NCBI GenBank assembly: GCA_027328625.1
Contig: DAHVSZ010000001.1
Location: 1-56,642 of the forward strand
Length of the DNA: 56,642 bases
Reading direction: 5' to 3'
From: Candidatus Paracaedibacteraceae bacterium
GTDB lineage: Bacteria > Pseudomonadota > Alphaproteobacteria > Paracaedibacterales > CAIULA01
Positions 39,420 through 49,026 of the stretch are shown piece after piece. Numbering within the stretch: the first letter of the stretch is position 1; every line of letters starts with the position of its first letter. Under the pieces are notes generated by a model. It was given only the letters and a program-made list of their open reading frames with translations, searched no databases and had not been told where the DNA came from. Both the position numbers and the translations under genes were made by a program.

Positions 39420-40754
39420 TTATCCAGGATATAAATCCATAGTCGCTATAGGAAGTTGGCTTAGAACAGCTTTAGCCGCTGCATGAACATTTTCTAAAGT
39501 AACAGCTTGAATATAGTCAGCCCATTTTTCAATTTGTTCAATTGTGAACCCACTAGAAAGACTTGTAAATACACTTAATGTGCTGTTATTTCCATCTCTA
39601 ATGAATGCGAGCTGTGCTAAAAGATCTCGTTTGGCTTTTCTGAGTTCTTCTTCAGAAACGCCTTTTTCTACAATATCTTTCAAATAATTAGCTAACGCTT
39701 GCTTAAAGATAGCAACATCCATATCTGGTGATAATGTCGCAGAAATTCCAAAAGGTCTAGGTTCATAACTATCTCCTTCATAACTGCTTCTAACGCTTAA
39801 AGCCAATTTTTTTTCTTCAACTAAAAGACGATAAAATTCGGTTGTGCTATTACCTCCCAAGATTTGAGACAAAACAATTAACGGGTAATAATGCTGAGTT
39901 TCACCAACTCGATGGTTGGGGGCAATGTAATACCAATTCAACATAATTAAAGAATTTCGAGGGTTTCTTTGTTCAATATGTTGAGTTATTCCTTGATGAG
40001 GAGGTTCAGCGAAACGCTGTCTTTTTGGAATTGGCCTGGAAGGTAGAGAGCCAAAATATTTCTCAACGATTGGTTTTACTTCTGCAAGATTTGTTTTCCC
40101 AGCAATGATAACAATTGCATTGTTGGGAGTATACCAAGTTTTGTAGTGATTTCTAACGGCTTCATATGAGTAGTTTTGAATATGATGAGGATATCCAATG
40201 GGCGGAATACCATAAGGGTGATACCAGCTCAAAGCTCTTAGTAAAACTTCATAAGCTTGGCCAAATGGATGATTTTCAACACGCATGCGTCGTTCTTCAA
40301 AGACAACATCCTTTTCTGATTTTATCTCTTCTTCTGTAAAGGAAAGATTGGCCATACGATCAGCTTCAAGCTTTAAAATAAGTTCCAAATATTCTTTTGC
40401 AATATCCGTTTCATAAATTGTGTAATCAAAGCTAGTGGCGGCATTGGTACTGCCTCCATGTTGCAAAATAATTTTTTTAAACTCTGATGTAGGGACATTT
40501 TTTGTTCCTTTAAACATCATATGCTCAAGAAAATGGGAGATGCCCATTAAGGGAAGAGGATCATCCGCTGTTCCAACTTTATATAAGATGCCAATGCTTA
40601 CAATGGGTGCTATATCATTTGGCACAACAATAATTTGAAGACCGTTTGGCAATGTATGAACTTCAGGATTGAAAATGCCAGCCATATTTTGTCCCATAAA
40701 AAAAGTTAAATAAACAATACAAAAACTAAAGAACTGTTTCATTCGAATTACCAA
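39420..40754 (-). CDS. M16 (pitrilysin) family zinc peptidase, catalytic subunit
   Basis: The inverted zinc motif HFLEHMMFKG is present. The signal-like N-terminus is MKQFFSFCIVYLTFF. The ATG at 40742 is the more likely start than the track TTG at 40754. Confidence 0.85.
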   Translation of the reverse strand: MVIRMKQFFSFCIVYLTFFMGQNMAGIFNPEVHTLPNGLQIIVVPNDIAPIVSIGILYKVGTADDPLPLMGISHFLEHMMFKGTKNVPTSEFKKIILQHGGSTNAATSFDYTIYETDIAKEYLELILKLEADRMANLSFTEEEIKSEKDVVFEERRMRVENHPFGQAYEVLLRALSWYHPYGIPPIGYPHHIQNYSYEAVRNHYKTWYTPNNAIVIIAGKTNLAEVKPIVEKYFGSLPSRPIPKRQRFAEPPHQGITQHIEQRNPRNSLIMLNWYYIAPNHRVGETQHYYPLIVLSQILGGNSTTEFYRLLVEEKKLALSVRSSYEGDSYEPRPFGISATLSPDMDVAIFKQALANYLKDIVEKGVSEEELRKAKRDLLAQLAFIRDGNNSTLSVFTSLSSGFTIEQIEKWADYIQAVTLENVHAAAKAVLSQLPIATMDLYPG

Positions 40755-40785
40755 CTAAACGCAGAGCACAAACTACTCCTCCCAA

Positions 40786-40874
40786 TTTTCTTCCGACTCG
40801 ATCGGAAGATCCATGAGATTAAATCCCAATCGAAAACAAATACATGGACCCTATGGTCAAACCATAGGGAAACT
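40786..40874. repeat. S-variant hairpin (cttccga-ctcga-tcggaag) plus P hairpin (ccctatgg-tcaaa-ccataggg), intercistronic
   Basis: Read directly in the 139-bp gap between the two co-oriented M16 peptidase genes. Confidence 0.75.
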
Positions 40875-40893
40875 AGAGTTTGATCGTTATGTT

Positions 40894-42291
40894 TCATTTT
40901 GCATCCGCTTTAGATTCAGAGCGACCTACAATAATGAATGTTAAAAGTTCTGGATGAAGAATCTTTTTAATCACTTGATTAACATTCTCAACCGTTAGTT
41001 TGCTAAAATAAAGATTTCGTTTTTCAACATAATCAATGGGTAAACTATCTTGTCTATAACGTGATAGTGCATTAACTGTCTCTAGGGTTGAACCAAATGA
41101 CAAAGGAAATGAACCCATGATGTTTTTTTTGTGAAAATCCAATTCTTCTTGAGTAACACCTTTTTCAATTAGCTTTTTCCATTCTTGTTTTATGACTGCA
41201 AGAGTTTCTTCCAAGCTCTCTGTCTTTGTAGCGGTCGCTCCAATCATTCCATTCGCTAAATCATTGGTGAATAAATCAAGATTACAGAAATAAGCAAGTC
41301 CTCGCTTTTCTCTAATTTCATTCCAAAGCCGTGATTCAAAATTCCCACTTCCTAAAATTCTTACTGCTAAGAATAAGGCATAAAAGTCAGGGTCTTGTCT
41401 GCTTATTCCTGGGTGAGCAAAGAAAATTAAACTTTGTGGAATGTCTAGATATACATTAAATATTTTACCTAAATTCTTAAGCTCAGTTGGTTGTGGAAGA
41501 GTTGTAGGCTCTCCTTTCGGTAGATCTGCTAAGCTTTTTTCAAGAAATTCGATAAGCTTTTCAGTATTAATATTTCCGCAGGCAACAATTTCTAAATTAG
41601 CTTGTGTAAAGTTCTTTTTCATTTGAGCTCGCAACTGCTCAGCTTGAATCGTTGGAATAACTTTAATACGTTCAGACGTTCTTTTAAAATAAGGGTGTGT
41701 TTCACCTAAAAGGTGTTTTTGTAATTCTTCTTTTGCAATTGGCTGTGGGTGATGAAGTGATTGTTGTAATCCCGCAATCATTTGTTGTTTAACGCGTTGC
41801 ATGTCTTCGTCTGAAAATCGTGGGGAAGACAAAATAAGTTTTATGAGTTCTAAAGCATCATTCACATTCTCTTTAACAGTGCGAAAAGTGATTGTAAAAT
41901 TATCTTGTGAGGAAGAAACAGATAGACTGATGTTCTTTTCAAGTAATAATTTCTTAAAGGATTGGCTATCATAAGGGCCTGCGCCTTCATCTAAAAGAGC
42001 CGCAATTAAATCTGTTAAACCAGGAAAATCAGAAGGCGAGCTTCTATCTCCTGCATTTCTAAAAGTAAGAGCCATACTCACAACAGGAATACTTGTTGGT
42101 ACAAACCAAATAGATTTTCCAAGGTTTGTCTTAAGCTCTTTTACGGAAATCGGAGATGTTGTCATAGAATCCTGCGTATGTGATATTGGGTGTTTAGTCG
42201 TGGTTTTTAGCCATGATTTATTTGAAAAGCTTACAAACAACGCTAAAGCTATTCCACAAAGCCCTCCTAGTAATAAAATCCTTTTTTTCAT
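40894..42291 (-). CDS. M16 family peptidase-like protein, non-catalytic partner (no HxxEH motif)
   Basis: It has M16 N and C domain-like length and layout plus a signal or anchor segment. The zinc motif is absent from the translated sequence. Confidence 0.75.
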   Translation of the reverse strand: MKKRILLLGGLCGIALALFVSFSNKSWLKTTTKHPISHTQDSMTTSPISVKELKTNLGKSIWFVPTSIPVVSMALTFRNAGDRSSPSDFPGLTDLIAALLDEGAGPYDSQSFKKLLLEKNISLSVSSSQDNFTITFRTVKENVNDALELIKLILSSPRFSDEDMQRVKQQMIAGLQQSLHHPQPIAKEELQKHLLGETHPYFKRTSERIKVIPTIQAEQLRAQMKKNFTQANLEIVACGNINTEKLIEFLEKSLADLPKGEPTTLPQPTELKNLGKIFNVYLDIPQSLIFFAHPGISRQDPDFYALFLAVRILGSGNFESRLWNEIREKRGLAYFCNLDLFTNDLANGMIGATATKTESLEETLAVIKQEWKKLIEKGVTQEELDFHKKNIMGSFPLSFGSTLETVNALSRYRQDSLPIDYVEKRNLYFSKLTVENVNQVIKKILHPELLTFIIVGRSESKADAK

Positions 42292-42821
42292 TAATTCGTT
42301 TTTTGCTCATTCACTGTAGCACTGGTCTGAGAAGGCTGCTGTTCACCGTTGATAGAGGCAATATTTTTTGCAGCTTCCTCTCTCCACCCCATAATTCGTT
42401 GGATAAGTGAATCAGACACATTTGTTGCAACAGCAGCTTCTTTGTTGACTGTATCACGTATATTAGGGGAAGCTTTCTGTTGTGAACTTGCCATCGACAA
42501 AAGTGATTGTTCACCTTCATCTTTAGAAGTCTCAGTTGATGCTGATGTTCCTAATAAAAGATTTTGGGCTTGAGCTTGTGAAGATCCAGTTGTACTTACT
42601 GTTGAGGTAGTCTGACTATTACTTTGACCTTCCAAAGGCGGCCTCAATTTATAATCTTTTGGAATGCTGAGAGGAGGGTTATCAGATACCTTAAATTCAT
42701 CTGGTTGATAATGATCTAAACCAAAAGTATTGCGAAAACTATCACATCCGCTCAAAAAAGTAAGGCAAGCCCCTAATGTAGTTAGCGATAAAATTTTGTT
42801 GAAAGAAGTATCCATAGTCAT
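42291..42821 (-). CDS. DUF3035-type lipoprotein
   Basis: The lipobox is LTFLSGC. DHYQPDEFKVSDNPPLSIPKDYKLRPP follows. The position between lspA and the M16 pair is common in alphaproteobacteria. Confidence 0.6.
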   Translation of the reverse strand: MTMDTSFNKILSLTTLGACLTFLSGCDSFRNTFGLDHYQPDEFKVSDNPPLSIPKDYKLRPPLEGQSNSQTTSTVSTTGSSQAQAQNLLLGTSASTETSKDEGEQSLLSMASSQQKASPNIRDTVNKEAAVATNVSDSLIQRIMGWREEAAKNIASINGEQQPSQTSATVNEQKTN

Positions 42822-42824
42822 AAC

Positions 42825-43310
42825 TTAAGTTACCTGTTTGTTTTTTACAAAATGCCATGCTTGTTGTAATAAAATCAAGCCTACTCCAATTGTTATTGCA
42901 CTGTCTGCAATATTAAACACAGGAAAGCTATAATTTAATAAGTGAAAATGCAAAAAGTCGATTACAGCGCCGTGATAAATACGATCGACAATATTGCCAA
43001 TCGCACCTCCTATAATAAGTCCATAGCTAATGGATTCAATCTTTGATTGCACTTTCCACAAACAAATGAATAACCATGAAACAAGAACAGAAGCCAATAA
43101 CAAAAGAGCAGCTTTTCCAGAAAAACTATCTGCAGGAAAGAGACCAAAACTGATTCCTCTGTTATAAGTTAGTGAAAAATCAAAGAATCCTGTTACTGTG
43201 ATAATATCAGGTGGATAAATGTTATTAATAATAACGTATTTAGAAAGCTGATCTAGTAGTCCTATTAAAGGGATAGTAACAAGTCCAACTTTTCTCAATT
43301 GATTAGCCAT
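42825..43310 (-). CDS. lspA: Lipoprotein signal peptidase (signal peptidase II)
   Basis: DQLSKYVI, NRGISFG, GGAIGNIVDR and FNIADSAITIG motifs. Confidence 0.9.
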   Translation of the reverse strand: MANQLRKVGLVTIPLIGLLDQLSKYVIINNIYPPDIITVTGFFDFSLTYNRGISFGLFPADSFSGKAALLLLASVLVSWLFICLWKVQSKIESISYGLIIGGAIGNIVDRIYHGAVIDFLHFHLLNYSFPVFNIADSAITIGVGLILLQQAWHFVKNKQVT

Positions 43311-43315
43311 ATAAA

Positions 43316-43696
43316 TTAATGCTTAGGAGTTTTCTTTTTATTTTGTTTTGGTTTTTCTTTATGGGATGATGCCAAAACTTCAAAATGTTTTTCAGTCGGT
43401 GAAGAGGTTTCACTACTTTTTTCCTTTTTAGACATTTTCTTTACCTGTTCCTCCTCCCAATCAGGACTCAAGAAAGGTAAAAATTCATGAAGCTGTGGGA
43501 TTTGTCCTAAAGTAACTCCTTGTAAAACTGCAGAAAGTCCACAACCAAAAATAACCCAAATAGGCCAAAATGGCCCACCACCCATGCTAACCCATATAAC
43601 AATACAGGCCACACATACAACGGCATATATAACGAGATTTGTATAAAAACTTTTTAAGGCTTGAACGCGTTTGCGTATTGAGTTTTCATGTTCCAT
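43316..43696 (-). CDS. Small membrane protein with a 2TM domain and a lysine-rich tail
   Basis: 126 aa with two adjacent TM helices (LVIYAVVCVACIVIWV and WPIWVIFGCGLSAVL). Confidence 0.45.
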   Translation of the reverse strand: MEHENSIRKRVQALKSFYTNLVIYAVVCVACIVIWVSMGGGPFWPIWVIFGCGLSAVLQGVTLGQIPQLHEFLPFLSPDWEEEQVKKMSKKEKSSETSSPTEKHFEVLASSHKEKPKQNKKKTPKH

Positions 43697-43779
43697 AATT
43701 AAGGGCCTGATAAGTCATGTTTATTTTTACTATCTTATCAGGCCCAATATTCAGATTGCCAATGATTTTTTACATTGCA

Positions 43780-45237
43780 CTAGAAGTTGTAACTGACCAT
43801 AACTGCTACACGATTACCAGAGCCAGTTTTATTATCAACAGTATCGCGTCTGATATGAGCAAATTCGAGACCCGTTTCCACATTTTTTACAGGTGTGTAG
43901 AAAATGTTAAAGAATACTTTTTTGATTTTTTGGGTGATACGTGTTGTACCTGTTAGCGGAGTCATACCAGCTGGAGCAGGTGGTGACACACGTGTATAGC
44001 TTGCTTGGATGTTTGTACGGATGTCATCAGTCCAATAATGCTCGTATCCAACTAAGGCGTTATTGGCTTTTAATACGTTAAACTGTTTTGTTGAAGGATT
44101 AAAATATGCGGCTTCACCAGCAATTTCAGGGATATAACGACCAACACCTTGTCCAGTATTTAATTGAGCATAGAAAGCACTTTTACCAACTGTTATAAAT
44201 TTACCAGAAAGACCCACACCCCATGCCGTTGCTTTAGCACTAAAATCATTAGCAGTGTTATAAGAAGCTCCATCTGTTAAGCTTCTGTATTGGATTTGAC
44301 GTGCCATACCGCGCAAAGTAACAAATCCACTTTTACCAGAATACTTTAGCATTGCTGTTAAGTCTGGTAGAGAGGATTTCCCTTTTGAGTTACTTGAATC
44401 ATTAGATGTGTAGAGTGTACCGTCACTTCCTATATAATCTGAGGCTGGCTTTTCAAGGGCAGCAGCAAATTTAAATGCGGGAGTCATATCCATTGTATAT
44501 CTAACTTGTGCTTGACGGTTAACTCCTCCAAGGATGCCGTTATAGTCGATGTTTGACCCTAAAGTTGTCATATCAACGAAGACTGAGTCTGTCTGGCCAA
44601 CCAGAAAACCTGCAGCATCACCATAGGCATGGCGTAATTTTGGTAAATAAGATCCACCTGTTCCACCATTAAAAAAGTCTATTTCAATACGTGTTTTTAC
44701 ATCACCTATTGAAGCCGTTGGTGTTAAGCTTTCAAACGATAGACGGCTGCTACGTGCGTGGGCATTGGTATTTCCAGACTGAGATGCTTGATTATTAACA
44801 TTTTTGAGAGGTATAGAACCTGGTACTATGTAATCACCCATAGATGGACCAGCATCATACTCGCCTTCAACACGAACGCGGCCACCTAATTTTATAGCTG
44901 TGTTACTTCCTGGAACAGAGATATATCCATCAGGCCCTTTCACCCAGGGAGTAGGAGTCGTTTTTGCTTGTGCAGCTGCCGTTTCTTGTTTTGCGGCTAA
45001 AATGGCGGCTTCTTTTGCTTGAGCTGCCGAAGTGGTTTGACTAATCTCTAAACCTTGGATCTTCTTATTAAGATCTGTAATCTGCTGTTGCAAGGCTGCA
45101 ATTTCTTTTGCTAAGGCTGTGCTTGTTTGGGTGTCAGCAGCTATTGCTGAAGTGCCAATACATAGCGTTGTAAAAACAGTACTCATGAGAAGAGTCGTAT
45201 TTAGTTTTTTTGTAGTTTTTCTGGAAACATCAATCAT
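43780..45237 (-). CDS. Outer-membrane porin with an N-terminal coiled coil (DcaP-like architecture)
   Basis: Signal peptide, coiled coil ALAKEIAALQQQITDLNKKIQGLE, long beta-strand-patterned region, and a terminal ...VMVSYNF. Confidence 0.6.
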   Translation of the reverse strand: MIDVSRKTTKKLNTTLLMSTVFTTLCIGTSAIAADTQTSTALAKEIAALQQQITDLNKKIQGLEISQTTSAAQAKEAAILAAKQETAAAQAKTTPTPWVKGPDGYISVPGSNTAIKLGGRVRVEGEYDAGPSMGDYIVPGSIPLKNVNNQASQSGNTNAHARSSRLSFESLTPTASIGDVKTRIEIDFFNGGTGGSYLPKLRHAYGDAAGFLVGQTDSVFVDMTTLGSNIDYNGILGGVNRQAQVRYTMDMTPAFKFAAALEKPASDYIGSDGTLYTSNDSSNSKGKSSLPDLTAMLKYSGKSGFVTLRGMARQIQYRSLTDGASYNTANDFSAKATAWGVGLSGKFITVGKSAFYAQLNTGQGVGRYIPEIAGEAAYFNPSTKQFNVLKANNALVGYEHYWTDDIRTNIQASYTRVSPPAPAGMTPLTGTTRITQKIKKVFFNIFYTPVKNVETGLEFAHIRRDTVDNKTGSGNRVAVMVSYNF

Positions 45238-45302
45238 AAAATAACTCCTAATTACATCGTATTTATATAAATTTTTATATAAAATTTATTAAAAGTCAAA
45301 GA

Positions 45303-46343
45303 TTATCTTAATGATTGATTTAGAGTGATTTTGATTGAAGGATTATCCGTTTGAATTTTGTCACACTTTAGCCAACTATTGTAGCCGAGTGCAAATTTTC
45401 GATTAAGCATGACAGGTTTGATATCGAAACGATTAAGTTTCAAACGCAAATGAATTTGGGTATTCATTCCGATAAAAAAATAACTTAGTTCCTTTAATAA
45501 TGAAAAAGTTGTTACAACATTAGATGATGCAGGTGTTGGTAAAAATGAACAATATTCATTCCATGATAATGGGCCAATCGCGATACTAGCAGCCGCAGTT
45601 TGATCCCAACATTTTTTGCCCAAAATCATATTTTTTCCTAATTCATTAAATTGTCCTTTTTTAGAACCAATTTTACTTAGGTCATGCGCATGCGCTTCAC
45701 GCCAAGCCCCTTCAAACTGTTCAATAACGACGGGAACATTAAAATAACTTTTGATAAGTCTTAATAACCCTGCGCCTGAATGTGGTCTTTTCCAGATAAT
45801 ATCGTGATAGCTCATTAATATTTGAGGACTAATCTTTAAACCTTGAAGCAAATTAGGGTGAGCAATGCCAGCAATTTGAAGTAAAGTCTTTCCTATAGGA
45901 GCATCTTGAGGAGGGGCTTGCAAAACACCAGGCATAATTTTCTTGCGAAGACGGTGCCAGAACGTTGCTAAGCGATGATTAAAAATATCTAGAAAATCCC
46001 GAAACCCTGTGTCTTTTTGTCTTGTTCTATCAATGACAGTTTCTGTATATGGAGTTGGCAGAGGGCCTTGTATTCCAGCAATACTTAGAAAGTTGATCCA
46101 TAATATTGGTTTTTGGTCTGGTTCTTGTTGCAGAGATTGAAGTTCACTTGTTGGGATAGCAAAGCTTACATGTGATTTTATTTGAATCGCTTCATTTTGA
46201 GGATCAGTTTCACTGCCCAAAGGAGTGGCGCCAGGATCTAACTGTTCTAATATGTTAATCGCTTGATCAAAGTCAAATTCCTGTGGGGATTTTAATAATC
46301 CTTCTTTTACAGGAGGATTTTCTCGCCAGGTAATGGTTGCCAT
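45303..46343 (-). CDS. tssG: Type VI secretion system baseplate subunit TssG (ImpH/VasB family)
   Basis: LLKSPQEFDFDQAINILEQ, FLSIAGIQGPLPTPYTE and FRDFLDIFNHRLATFWHRL match the family signature segments as I recall them. Confidence 0.8.
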   Translation of the reverse strand: MATITWRENPPVKEGLLKSPQEFDFDQAINILEQLDPGATPLGSETDPQNEAIQIKSHVSFAIPTSELQSLQQEPDQKPILWINFLSIAGIQGPLPTPYTETVIDRTRQKDTGFRDFLDIFNHRLATFWHRLRKKIMPGVLQAPPQDAPIGKTLLQIAGIAHPNLLQGLKISPQILMSYHDIIWKRPHSGAGLLRLIKSYFNVPVVIEQFEGAWREAHAHDLSKIGSKKGQFNELGKNMILGKKCWDQTAAASIAIGPLSWNEYCSFLPTPASSNVVTTFSLLKELSYFFIGMNTQIHLRLKLNRFDIKPVMLNRKFALGYNSWLKCDKIQTDNPSIKITLNQSLR

Positions 46344-48136
46344 TTTATATACTCATTTGGTCTATCAGTTTTTATCATTACAAGCTCAACAAAAGAATTT
46401 AAGGAAACACTTAATGCAAAATAATGTCGTAATACAGATGCTAATAGGAAATTAGAATTTCCGGTTTCTGACAATGTTTCCATTTCCATGACAATTTGAA
46501 TTCCTTCGACAAATCCTCTCCATGCTTCAAGGCCAAATCTCCTCACAATTTTGTTTGTTTTGAGAGATTTTATATTATCAATTTCATGTTGTTTGTATGT
46601 GTGAGTTGATCCTGAATAGAGTTTTAAACTCTCCTTTAAAATGTTGAGAGCTTCTTTATTTCCTGTTAACGGAAGGTGATTGACCGAAAGCTGTGAGATA
46701 AGGCGCCATAATGTTTCACCATCTGCTGGAGAATATTCTTGGGGAACAGGCTTATCTAGACATACAATTTTACTGATTGGAACCGCTTCTTCAATTTGCA
46801 ATTCGGCACCTTGTGGTAATTGTTCTGCTAAAAATCTATTGGTACATAAGGTATGAGCGTAAACAATCTGATGAGGGGGTAAAGCTGGGTTAAATTGTAA
46901 GTCTACAAAAGACAGATATACATCTGTACCAGGTAAATCACGTTCTTCAGCAGAAGTTCTTTTTGCTGTCCAATATACAGTATCTTTTAAAGATATATGC
47001 TGATGATTAAAAGAAAAATACGGTGAAAAAGTTTGTGGTTCTTGATTTCCTTCAACAGCGGCAGCCACTTTCAGAATCCGATATATTTCTGTTGTTTTGT
47101 CACGCCGTTGGTCCGGCACAAGTCGGTAACGGATTTTTCTTTTTGTTAAACGTTGTGGTTCAGTAATTTTTTTAAACAAATTAACAATAGGTGTACATCC
47201 TAGCAAAAAGTTATTAGGGCTTAGTTTTTTTTGCAAAATTTCTTGTACACCTTTTAATGAAATCAAAAGTTCAAATACATTTGTATCTAAATTTAAATTG
47301 TCAGGAAGTTTGTTCAAATGCTTTATCTTGAAGAAAAGAAATTTTTCTGGTAGGTGAAAATATTCTTGTAGCAATTGATATGCATGCGTTGAGTATTCAG
47401 GAATAGGAAGAGTCATTTCATCTCTATTAAACCCGATAGGTGTGAGCGAATCATCGGGAAGAGTATGTGCTGTTTGACCATCAACAGAAACATAAACCGA
47501 AGGATGAACTTGAGAAAATAGGCTTTCATATATATCCAAGCTTAAAATGCGTTCGCCTCTAATATGAAATTGTAATTCATCTAGATTGAGAGCACCTAGT
47601 GATGCCCCTTGAGTTTCAATTGTGAGACGTAAAAACCAGTTGTCATCTTTACTTTTTCCAACCAAGGTGAATGCATCTTTTGGAACAATGGCAACTTTTT
47701 TAAGTTTTATAGGCCATAACGTTAGAGGATAAATAGTTTGGAAACGACAAGAGACATCTTTTTCAGAGTAAGCAAATAGTGGTGTTTCTTTTGGAATATT
47801 ATAGCCCTTTGTTAGTTTTCCTTTTGTTGGATCCACTTGGAATTGGGCAATAGACATGGAAGGAATTGGGTTCACAAGATGTGGATAAAGAACTTCGAGT
47901 AATGCTGCAGCAGTTTCAGGAAATCTATCATCAATTTCCTGGCTTAAGCGAGCCGTCATGAAAGCAAATGATTCCAATAAGCGTTCCGTATGAGGGTCAG
48001 GGGATTCCTTTTCGCTTAATTCTAGTCGGCGAGCAATTTTAGGATGTTGCTTGGCGAAAATTTTTCCTGAATTTCGAAGATATCGAAGCTCATTATTGTA
48101 GTAATTTAGGAACCGATCGCGTGCATTTCGAAACAA
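46307..48136 (-). CDS. tssF: Type VI secretion system baseplate subunit TssF (ImpG/VasA family)
   Basis: RFLNYYNNELRYLRNSGKIFAKQHPKIARRLEL, DPHTERLLESFAFMTARL and LLEVLYPHLVNPIPSM match the family. TTG start with ggag 9 nt upstream. The 3' end overlaps tssG by 37 nt. Confidence 0.85.
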   Translation of the reverse strand: MFRNARDRFLNYYNNELRYLRNSGKIFAKQHPKIARRLELSEKESPDPHTERLLESFAFMTARLSQEIDDRFPETAAALLEVLYPHLVNPIPSMSIAQFQVDPTKGKLTKGYNIPKETPLFAYSEKDVSCRFQTIYPLTLWPIKLKKVAIVPKDAFTLVGKSKDDNWFLRLTIETQGASLGALNLDELQFHIRGERILSLDIYESLFSQVHPSVYVSVDGQTAHTLPDDSLTPIGFNRDEMTLPIPEYSTHAYQLLQEYFHLPEKFLFFKIKHLNKLPDNLNLDTNVFELLISLKGVQEILQKKLSPNNFLLGCTPIVNLFKKITEPQRLTKRKIRYRLVPDQRRDKTTEIYRILKVAAAVEGNQEPQTFSPYFSFNHQHISLKDTVYWTAKRTSAEERDLPGTDVYLSFVDLQFNPALPPHQIVYAHTLCTNRFLAEQLPQGAELQIEEAVPISKIVCLDKPVPQEYSPADGETLWRLISQLSVNHLPLTGNKEALNILKESLKLYSGSTHTYKQHEIDNIKSLKTNKIVRRFGLEAWRGFVEGIQIVMEMETLSETGNSNFLLASVLRHYFALSVSLNSFVELVMIKTDRPNEYIKWQPLPGEKILL

Positions 48137-48330
48137 AGAAACGCTCCAAATTGATGTAATTTATCTAAAATTATACATTTTTTTGGAGCTATAGCAAATT
48201 TTAAAAACATTGTGTGAACTTTAACACACCCTGCTTGTTGAATCATTGACTTAACATTCAAGTTCATTGACGGTTCATTGTTGACGACATAATGTTTGAC
48301 AAGGCAATTTTTATGTGGGTCTAGAAAATT

Positions 48331-49017
48331 ATGAAAAAAAACAAACTTTTACTTACTGGTGCACTCTTAATTGGTGGAATCTCAGCAGCAACTGCCGGAT
48401 TTAATGGTTTCTATGTGGGAGGTCACCTTGGCTTAGGGTTATTACAGGGAACGCATACTTACACCAATGGGGGCTCTACTGCTGGTACACAAAAAGTCAA
48501 AGCAATTGGGTATTTGGCCGGGATTAATGCTGGTTATTTAAAACTAATGAGCGGTTCAAACATGGTTGTTGGCGGCGAGGTTTATTACACTTTAGCTGGG
48601 CCAAAATCTTCTCAAAATTTGCAAATTCCTGGAGGCCTTGTTGAAGGGAAGGCAAACATCAGTCATAAATCTGCAATGGGAGGAGCGTTGATTGCGGGTG
48701 CATTGTTGAACCCAAAAGTCCTAATGTATGCAAAATTGGGTTATGAACTTGACAAGTTTAATTTGAAATACACTGGCCTTACTTTTCAAGCACAGACAAC
48801 AGAGAGTTATACAAAATCAACGCGCGCTTTTGTTCCAGGTGCAGGGGCTCTCTATAAAATAAGTGAATCGTTGTTGGTGGGTGGTGAATACGGTTATGCG
48901 AAGATGGGGAAATTGAAACCCCGCTCAGATCAAGTGGCAATAAATGGTGCGCAGCGTGGCTATACATTTACACCAACAGAGCATCGTCTGACTGCGAAAG
49001 TGGTTTACGTATTTTAA
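48331..49017 (+). CDS. Small outer-membrane beta-barrel protein (Omp25/OmpA-like 8-strand class)
   Basis: Signal peptide MKKNKLLLTGALLIGGISAATA, glycine/aromatic-rich strands, and a terminal ...AKVVYVF. Confidence 0.6.
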   Translation: MKKNKLLLTGALLIGGISAATAGFNGFYVGGHLGLGLLQGTHTYTNGGSTAGTQKVKAIGYLAGINAGYLKLMSGSNMVVGGEVYYTLAGPKSSQNLQIPGGLVEGKANISHKSAMGGALIAGALLNPKVLMYAKLGYELDKFNLKYTGLTFQAQTTESYTKSTRAFVPGAGALYKISESLLVGGEYGYAKMGKLKPRSDQVAINGAQRGYTFTPTEHRLTAKVVYVF

Positions 49018-49026
49018 AAGTAGCGC

